From: a virus
Strand: one strand, 5' to 3'
Length of the DNA: 64,000 nt
Virus record (IMG/VR): IMGVR_UViG_3300025949_000023
Location: 1-64,000 of that record
Position 1 is the stretch's first letter. Every line of letters begins with the position of its first letter. Both the position numbers and the translations under genes were made by a program. Shown here one piece after another: positions 58,025-64,000 of this stretch. The notes under the pieces were generated by a model. That model was not told the origin of the DNA and searched no databases. It saw only the letters and a list, made by a program, of their open reading frames with translations.

Positions 58025-58501
58025 ATGGAAATGCCTAAAAGAGTTTACTTTGAAACAACCGAAACCATAACAAAACACAGCAAGGGGTATATTGAAATTG
58101 ACACGGATTTTACCCAGGTGTATGATTGCTTTAGCAAGGTTTCGCTGCGTTTTAAGTCTGTTACCAGCATGAAATTAATGTTTTGGCTGTTATCGCATGA
58201 GGCCAACCAGGCTAACGGGATTAACAGCGGGGCCGCTGTACATGAGCGCTTTTGTAAGTTTCTTAAAGAAGAAGGTTATGAAGAGGTGCCAATGAGAACA
58301 TTTAAAGCCGCTTTTGAAGAGCTGTATAAAACAGAAGTGTTAACCAGGGTAGGCCGTGGGCAATACTATTTCAATCCGCATGTGTTTTGGCGCAACGATA
58401 AAAACGAGCGCATAAACTTTATTATTGACGAGGCAAAGGAAAAGAAATTCCTTTCACACAATCCGCTTAATGAAACTAAATCTTTAAACAATAAACCATA
58501 A
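58025..58501 (+). CDS. RepL-like winged-helix protein
   Basis: FTQVY N-terminal motif; AFEELYKTEVL..GRGQYYFNPHVFWR. Confidence 0.65.
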   Translation: MEMPKRVYFETTETITKHSKGYIEIDTDFTQVYDCFSKVSLRFKSVTSMKLMFWLLSHEANQANGINSGAAVHERFCKFLKEEGYEEVPMRTFKAAFEELYKTEVLTRVGRGQYYFNPHVFWRNDKNERINFIIDEAKEKKFLSHNPLNETKSLNNKP

Positions 58502-58506
58502 AACAC

Positions 58507-59115
58507 ATGAAATTCATTATTTCAGAACACACGCTATATGATAGCGAACAGGAAATGTATTTTACTAAAATCGGCGAAGATTGCAAAGCCGGTGCGCTGC
58601 GTTTTACTGTTTGGGGGAAAACTGCAGAACAATCCCGCATATTTGCGGAAAACCTTGTTACTAAGTTTGAGGCGTATAATGCACTGGCAGCGGTGCCGGA
58701 AGTGTCTAACTTTGTGACGACCGCAAACGTAGCTACCCGCTCCGGCCAGGTTTACATCGAATTGCCAGACGTTGAAGCTGTTCCACCCTTTGTAATGGTA
58801 AACAATACCGTGTATGTGCCTAAACAGGACACAGTAGCCACAAATTTGGCAGATAATGCAGAAGTAAGCCAAACCACTGCAAGTAACAATGAGTCAAAAA
58901 ACAATGCATTACAGGCGCTGTTAGACAAGGCTATGTTTTTGCAGCAAAAGAATGACTTTCTTCAAAGAATGTGTGAACAACTGGCCGAAGGGCTTGAAAC
59001 TCTTGTTTCAGAAGCTGACAGGCCACCCAGCGAACAAAACAAAAGGCTTGATGCCCTTTTTGCAGCTTTCAGTAAAGCACATTCATTAGTTAAGGCTTAC
59101 AAACTATCAAAATAA
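58507..59115 (+). CDS. hypothetical protein
   Basis: AAACACATG start; C-terminal coiled coil. Confidence 0.6.
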   Translation: MKFIISEHTLYDSEQEMYFTKIGEDCKAGALRFTVWGKTAEQSRIFAENLVTKFEAYNALAAVPEVSNFVTTANVATRSGQVYIELPDVEAVPPFVMVNNTVYVPKQDTVATNLADNAEVSQTTASNNESKNNALQALLDKAMFLQQKNDFLQRMCEQLAEGLETLVSEADRPPSEQNKRLDALFAAFSKAHSLVKAYKLSK

Positions 59116-59132
59116 TCATTCAAACCAATACA

Positions 59133-59591
59133 ATGAAAAACAAACTACAAGTTTTAAAAAACTGCGTTGTAGACTTAATAGAAGATTGTTTAATAAATCT
59201 TGACACAGACAAATATACGCAGGATGAAAAAATTCTTATCCTTGCACATGGGGAGTTGTATCAACACGAGCTTGCAAAGCTTGCACACAAATACATCTCT
59301 GAATATTGCCCAGCCCCAAAGCCAGAGGCTTTAATGAAATTCCGCCTGTTGCAACATTTAACAAACAGGTTTTATACCCACCCTTATAAACGGCAAACAT
59401 TCACCGAGGCAAAGAAGTTTATTGAGGCCCACGGCAAACGTAAAGTAAACGGCAATGTGGTTGAAAGCAAATACACCATGTGGGTTAAAAAAGAAAGCTG
59501 CGTACACTTTCACATGAAAGATAGCACGGTTGCAGCTGTTACGGATAACAAACACTTTGCCGGGGTGTTAGCAAATTTCGTAAACTCTTAA
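59133..59591 (+). CDS. hypothetical protein
   Basis: Co-oriented ORF. Confidence 0.6.
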   Translation: MKNKLQVLKNCVVDLIEDCLINLDTDKYTQDEKILILAHGELYQHELAKLAHKYISEYCPAPKPEALMKFRLLQHLTNRFYTHPYKRQTFTEAKKFIEAHGKRKVNGNVVESKYTMWVKKESCVHFHMKDSTVAAVTDNKHFAGVLANFVNS

Positions 59592-59594
59592 TTT

Positions 59595-59897
59595 ATGGAG
59601 TACATAGAAATAGAAGCGAACCTTTTAATATTAGCCAGTACGGAGAATGTTTTTCACAACCGAAAGAGCCGGGTGGAGAGCATTACGGGTTTCCATACCA
59701 ACTATATGGATAGTTGGGAATTGGTAGGCGATTGTGGAGACGTATACAGGCTTATCGCAATGGCTAATTTTGAAAGTATTGCAGAATTAAAGCAAGTCAT
59801 TAAAAAGGCTGAAAAATATAACTGGATATTTTGGAACGACAGCTATTTGTTACAAGATGGCACAGAGATTTACAGTGAAGGAAAATGGCTTATTTAG
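59595..59897 (+). CDS. hypothetical protein
   Basis: Co-oriented ORF. Confidence 0.55.
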   Translation: MEYIEIEANLLILASTENVFHNRKSRVESITGFHTNYMDSWELVGDCGDVYRLIAMANFESIAELKQVIKKAEKYNWIFWNDSYLLQDGTEIYSEGKWLI

Positions 59898-59947
59898 CAA
59901 CATTTGTACAGTAAACGTATTTTTATCAATCTTTAAATAAAAAACAC

Positions 59948-60210
59948 ATGACAGAACTACTTTTTATGATTGGCAACATCATGCCGGAGGATGAAATTGT
60001 TAATAGCATAACATCCGCTGCTTTGGAATATCAAACAGGCAGCAAGGAAGAAGCAAGGAAGAAGCAAGGAAGAAGTTGTCAATGTACTGCATGCTTTTTC
60101 TAACCAAAGAAGCTAACAAAGGCAAATCACCAGAGGAATTATTCAAAGAGGCCACAAAACTTAACCGCGCACAAGATATTCTTAAGCGCATGGAAGGTGA
60201 AAAACAGTAA
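59948..60210 (+). pseudogene. 83-aa gene frameshifted by an extra 11-bp repeat unit
   Basis: AAACACATG start; (AGCAAGGAAGA)x3 at 60041-60073; removing one unit restores an ORF to TAA at 60210. Confidence 0.7.
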
Positions 60211-60395
60211 AAAACGCTTTAACCGAAACTTTAAGCCCGTCCTATGTGATGGGCTTTTTTATGCCTGCATCCTATGGCCGGGTGCCTCCGGCGCAATCGG
60301 TTTTTGAAATCCCGCTACGCCAAGCGGGAATAGAAAAACCCCACATGAATATGCGGGGTTTACTCCAAATGAAGAACTGCTATATGAGACAAAGT

Positions 60396-60653
60396 TTATT
60401 TTCCTCCAAACAAATCCGGTTGTTTTGTTTCTGCTGCAGGTGCTGGTGTTTCTTCCTGCCACCATTCAAATGTTATGGTGCGCGTTACGCCGCCCGTAGT
60501 TACTTCGTCCTCCCAAAACATTAGGGTGGCCCGGCGCCCATCTATAAGCGTTACCCCAAGGCTTTCATTGGGTGTATAAATAAACCCGAATAAAGTGTAA
60601 AGCCAAGGTTCTTTCCGGCAGGTGAAAACTGTTTTAATTATTGGCTGTGTCAT
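60396..60653 (-). CDS. hypothetical protein
   Basis: Coupled to the upstream ORF; ends QPDLF. Confidence 0.55.
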   Translation of the reverse strand: MTQPIIKTVFTCRKEPWLYTLFGFIYTPNESLGVTLIDGRRATLMFWEDEVTTGGVTRTITFEWWQEETPAPAAETKQPDLFGGK

Positions 60654-60895
60654 TATTCTTTAATTGGTGTTACGGCTGTTTCAATATTGTGTATAGTCAT
60701 TGCATTGGCCACAATTGCATAAAAAGCTTCTATTTTGTACTCTGCAAATGTATTAAAGTCAAGTACCATGGTGTCCGATGGCTCCCAAGCCTCGCCAGTT
60801 GCCTTAAACATAGTCTTTTTAACATCCATGAAAAATGCCTTTAACTCGTCCTGTGGTACATTTTTAATAGTTATGCTTATAGTTGCTGTTTCCAT
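60653..60895 (-). CDS. hypothetical protein
   Basis: TAATG stop-start coupling. Confidence 0.55.
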   Translation of the reverse strand: METATISITIKNVPQDELKAFFMDVKKTMFKATGEAWEPSDTMVLDFNTFAEYKIEAFYAIVANAMTIHNIETAVTPIKE

Positions 60896-61098
60896 TACTC
60901 ACCCCCTCCCAATGGCAGTTCTGTTTGTTGCTTTCTGTTATACCTGCGTTTACCCTGGGCGTCCTGCAATGCCTCTGTTTTGGCTTCTATATACCCATTT
61001 AGGGTATATAGCAAGGCCGTTTGCTCATTAGTCGAGAGGTCGTCGCTGTCTTTTAAAAGGGCTTTAAACTCAGCCCGAATTGTCTCCGCTGATTTCAT
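60895..61098 (-). CDS. hypothetical protein
   Basis: AAACACATG start. Confidence 0.55.
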   Translation of the reverse strand: MKSAETIRAEFKALLKDSDDLSTNEQTALLYTLNGYIEAKTEALQDAQGKRRYNRKQQTELPLGGGE

Positions 61099-61104
61099 GT
61101 GTTT

Positions 61105-61548
61105 TTATTTTAAGTTGATTGGTAATTCCTTACCCGTTAAACCAAAGTATAGGTTTTGTAATTCATGCAAATACTTTGGATGATATGCAAAATGCAAGAA
61201 TTTATAAACTCCATCATCAACAGGCGTTTTTAACTGAATGAGGCTGCACTTATCGTATTGGCCATCACAAAATGCCAAACTTGTATTCCCTGTGCCCAAT
61301 TCTCTAAAATAATATACCCGGCTGTCCGTATATCCTTTAGTATAATAACCTGCATCATGCGTTTCTGTAAAAACTTTCTTTTCAAACCCGCACTTCTCTA
61401 ATATTTCGGGCGTTAATGGTATTGGCTCAGGTACATACCCCTCAAACCTCATTAATACAGCATGGAACATTTTTAAGTCCATGTGGATGTATTGGTTATT
61501 TATTAGCACCCAGTTACCTATCCTTAGCTCGTTATTTGGTATTTGCAT
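61105..61548 (-). CDS. conserved Bacteroidota phage protein
   Basis: NELRIGN, PIPLTPEILEKCGF, YLHELQNLYFGLTGKEL. Confidence 0.75.
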   Translation of the reverse strand: MQIPNNELRIGNWVLINNQYIHMDLKMFHAVLMRFEGYVPEPIPLTPEILEKCGFEKKVFTETHDAGYYTKGYTDSRVYYFRELGTGNTSLAFCDGQYDKCSLIQLKTPVDDGVYKFLHFAYHPKYLHELQNLYFGLTGKELPINLK

Positions 61549-61571
61549 GTGTTTGAAAGTTTTATGATTGA

Positions 61572-62072
61572 TTAAAATGGTTCGTTCTGCAATATCCCTA
61601 CGCCCTGTTTGCCGTACCTAAACACTTCCGGTTGCTCAAAGGCCTCCATCAGCTCAAAGTGCAGTGCCATTAACTGGTATTTGTGAGTAACCCCTTTTTT
61701 ATCCTTCCGCTGTATCGGCGGTTTATAGTTAACAAAGCACTTAGCCTCCATTTCTTTTGTCATGGGCTCAATTTTAACCAGGTTAAACAGTCCCAGCGTA
61801 TACCCGTTAAGGTTTTTGGTTTTATCGTCCTTCAATACTTTTGGGATATTCATAAGGCACTCACCGCCTGAAATAGAAACTAATTCAAACCCGTCATAAG
61901 GTTTTTTAGTGCTGTATAGAACGTATTTACCCAGAGGGAACGAAGGTTTTTTGCCTACGCGGCACCAGCGGGTTTCTATCTTGCCATGCAGCATAAGGCT
62001 TGCAAATGGCTGGTATAAACCCAGTGTGCGTATTATTTCTTTTGTTGGCGCCAAATCGAACAATGTGCTCAT
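61572..62072 (-). CDS. ASCH-like domain protein
   Basis: LGLYQPFASLMLHGKIETR and C-terminal GKQG. Confidence 0.7.
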   Translation of the reverse strand: MSTLFDLAPTKEIIRTLGLYQPFASLMLHGKIETRWCRVGKKPSFPLGKYVLYSTKKPYDGFELVSISGGECLMNIPKVLKDDKTKNLNGYTLGLFNLVKIEPMTKEMEAKCFVNYKPPIQRKDKKGVTHKYQLMALHFELMEAFEQPEVFRYGKQGVGILQNEPF

Positions 62073-62076
62073 ATAG

Positions 62077-62244
62077 TTAATTTAAACAATGAAAGGTTGC
62101 CATTCTGGTATGCACCAGGTATTGCTCCAGCCCCTTTACTACAAACATGCGGTGTATCTTCTCCATGCCTTCGCTTACTATCTGAGCGTGGGCATACAAC
62201 TTCTCTCCGTCGACGATTGCCATATAGTAGTTGGGGATTATCAT
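62077..62244 (-). CDS. 55-aa hypothetical protein (not in ORF track)
   Basis: MIIPNYYMAIVDGEK...FHCLN fills the gap. Confidence 0.5.
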   Translation of the reverse strand: MIIPNYYMAIVDGEKLYAHAQIVSEGMEKIHRMFVVKGLEQYLVHTRMATFHCLN

Positions 62245-62469
62245 TTAATCAAATTCGTATAATTCAATAATCTTGTCAAACATATCGTCTATGTAGTCAT
62301 ATATTCCCGCGCCCCGGCTTTTAAAATCTTCAACCGTCTTAAATATGCCTTGTGTTTGAAATATACCATGGCTACCGCTTTTTATTACAATGCAGCAATT
62401 TTCCATATTCACCTTATTGGAAGAGATTTCCTCGTTTAGATGTTCCATAAATTCATCAATAGCGTGCAT
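62245..62469 (-). CDS. hypothetical protein
   Basis: Packed ORF. Confidence 0.5.
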   Translation of the reverse strand: MHAIDEFMEHLNEEISSNKVNMENCCIVIKSGSHGIFQTQGIFKTVEDFKSRGAGIYDYIDDMFDKIIELYEFD

Positions 62470-62472
62470 ATA

Positions 62473-62688
62473 TCATGTGTTTTGTTGACTGTTTAAATAC
62501 TCGGTTATTACCGGGTTAACCATGTGCTTTGTGCCGCCCCGGCCAAACCTTGGGACGTACATAGGCACGCCTAACTCAACGGCAGCATCAATTATTCTTT
62601 TTTGGTGCTCAGTTAAGGTAACGGCTTTTTGTGCGCCACCCACTCCCTGTACACGCCAATGCTTTTCTATAAACTCACTTGGTTTCAT
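62473..62688 (-). CDS. hypothetical protein
   Basis: Packed ORF with ATGA overlap. Confidence 0.5.
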   Translation of the reverse strand: MKPSEFIEKHWRVQGVGGAQKAVTLTEHQKRIIDAAVELGVPMYVPRFGRGGTKHMVNPVITEYLNSQQNT

Positions 62689-62954
62689 AACCGCTCTCTC
62701 ATTTTTGTTGTATCACTCGTGGCGCCTGGCTCACCGTTCATTTCTGGTGGTATTCCCATTGCATCCCATGCCTCCGGTGTGCCAAACGGTACATGCCTTA
62801 CATGTATCTTCCCGTCCTGCCTGCGCTCTGTCTTTACGATACTGGTGCCGTAAAAAGCCAAATCCTCAACCATAGCCCGCTTTGTTGGGTTTATACGGCT
62901 AACGGCCTTCCAAAACCGCTGTTCCATGTGATACTTTCTTTCACGCTTTGTCAT
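62685..62954 (-). CDS. hypothetical protein
   Basis: Packed ORF. Confidence 0.5.
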   Translation of the reverse strand: MTKRERKYHMEQRFWKAVSRINPTKRAMVEDLAFYGTSIVKTERRQDGKIHVRHVPFGTPEAWDAMGIPPEMNGEPGATSDTTKMRERL

Positions 62955-63276
62955 TATTGCCTGTTTTTAGTTCATCAAGTGTTAATCTGGCCTCAAAATA
63001 GTTTATTACTTGATGATGTGTTTTTTGAGGCATGCCATAGCCGTCTGACACCCGAACATCATCTACTCTTTCGCCCATGCTGTTGTAGAGCGTTGCCCGC
63101 ATAATATCACGGTCATTATTATCTGGCCGGTATTCAAAATAATACCCTTCTGTAGATAAACTGTAACGCTTACCCCACGCCTGCATTTCGTCACCAAATA
63201 ATGATGTCGCCCACGCCTCAAACGATTTTAAATCTTTTATCATTATCTTACTCATTGTCCTCAATTTTAGGTGCAT
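62941..63276 (-). CDS. hypothetical protein
   Basis: Packed ORF; start may be the internal MSKIM. Confidence 0.5.
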   Translation of the reverse strand: MHLKLRTMSKIMIKDLKSFEAWATSLFGDEMQAWGKRYSLSTEGYYFEYRPDNNDRDIMRATLYNSMGERVDDVRVSDGYGMPQKTHHQVINYFEARLTLDELKTGNNDKA

Positions 63277-63646
63277 CCATCTTTAACTTGTTAAAATGTG
63301 CTTCAACGTCCTTTCCTTGCTCTGCAATGAGCGCGGGTAGTTCTTTTATTGGTGTTTCTACTATCTCAAATTCGGCGTCCTCGGTAACGTTGTGATTAAA
63401 CCCTGTTTCATCCGTAACAAGACTACCGTAAAACTTTGCAGCCTCGGCAACTTCTTTATAAAAATCTTCTTTTGACTTTTGCGGCCTGTTACTATACTCG
63501 GCCACAACCTCCCCCAGCGTAACAGTGGTTGAGCCGTCATTCTTCCTATACACCTGCACAACGTTATGTGTGCCACCTGGACCTTTAACCCTTCCTAAGT
63601 CTCCTTGAATGTAAGCGTCGTGTCCCAATAAATATTTTTCTGCCAT
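63248..63646 (-). CDS. hypothetical protein
   Basis: Packed ORF. Confidence 0.5.
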   Translation of the reverse strand: MAEKYLLGHDAYIQGDLGRVKGPGGTHNVVQVYRKNDGSTTVTLGEVVAEYSNRPQKSKEDFYKEVAEAAKFYGSLVTDETGFNHNVTEDAEFEIVETPIKELPALIAEQGKDVEAHFNKLKMDAPKIEDNE

Positions 63647-63656
63647 AAAAGTGTGT

Positions 63657-64000
63657 TTATTGTTCAGTTAATGAGTCAAGTACAGTAAAAACAATGTCCT
63701 GCAGGTTTTCTAAATCTTTATGCATTAGCCTTATTAATGGCATGCCGTTCTTTGCCGCGTATTCATCTTTAATCCTGTCATGCTCTTTTACCACTTCAAA
63801 ATCCTTGCTGTAACTGGTAACACCAAAATGGTGGGCACCATCATATTCAATCAGTACGTTTTCTTTAACCAGGTAAAAATCATACCTCAGCATATTCCCC
63901 TTGCTATTTACGCAGCCACCAAATATTTTTTCAGTCTTATACTCAATTTTATGCAAGTTTAAGAAAGTCGTTATCATAGTTTCACCATAACTTTCTATCT
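63657..64000 (-). CDS. PD-(D/E)xK/Vsr-like endonuclease, 5' end outside the window
   Basis: ESYGE upstream in frame, LRYDFYL, LIEYDGAHHF, DRIKDEYA. Confidence 0.75.
   Translation of the reverse strand, partial: IESYGETMITTFLNLHKIEYKTEKIFGGCVNSKGNMLRYDFYLVKENVLIEYDGAHHFGVTSYSKDFEVVKEHDRIKDEYAAKNGMPLIRLMHKDLENLQDIVFTVLDSLTEQ

Overview
A 64-kb segment of a tailed dsDNA phage that most likely infects a Bacteroidota host. Promoters match the TTTG-N~19-TAnnTTTG consensus and no Shine-Dalgarno motifs are evident. Long ORFs read normally in the standard code. The minus strand carries a podovirus-type, Crassvirales-like structural module: portal, scaffold, major capsid protein, large terminase, three ring/adaptor proteins, muzzle, several ejected cargo proteins, a beta-helix tail spike and holin-like membrane genes. 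Interspersed are GroEL plus a three-domain GroES, a glycosyltransferase/methyltransferase cluster, tRNA-Asp, a PurD-like ATP-grasp ligase with a small HExxE partner, homing endonucleases, a replication initiator, RNase HI, a PAPS-reductase-family protein and recombination genes. From about 51.7 to 64 kb lie many small accessory genes. The most striking non-coding signals are: (1) a complete hammerhead ribozyme at 56270-56322; (2) two mini tRNA-like three-way junctions between neighbouring early genes; (3) a shared AAACACATG start motif; (4) a 7-nt kissing-loop attenuator-like leader before the replication initiator; (5) operator-like repeat arrays. Together (1)-(3) suggest an RNA-based system that cuts the early transcript into single-gene messages. 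All protein calls come from motif recognition and gene order, not database searches.
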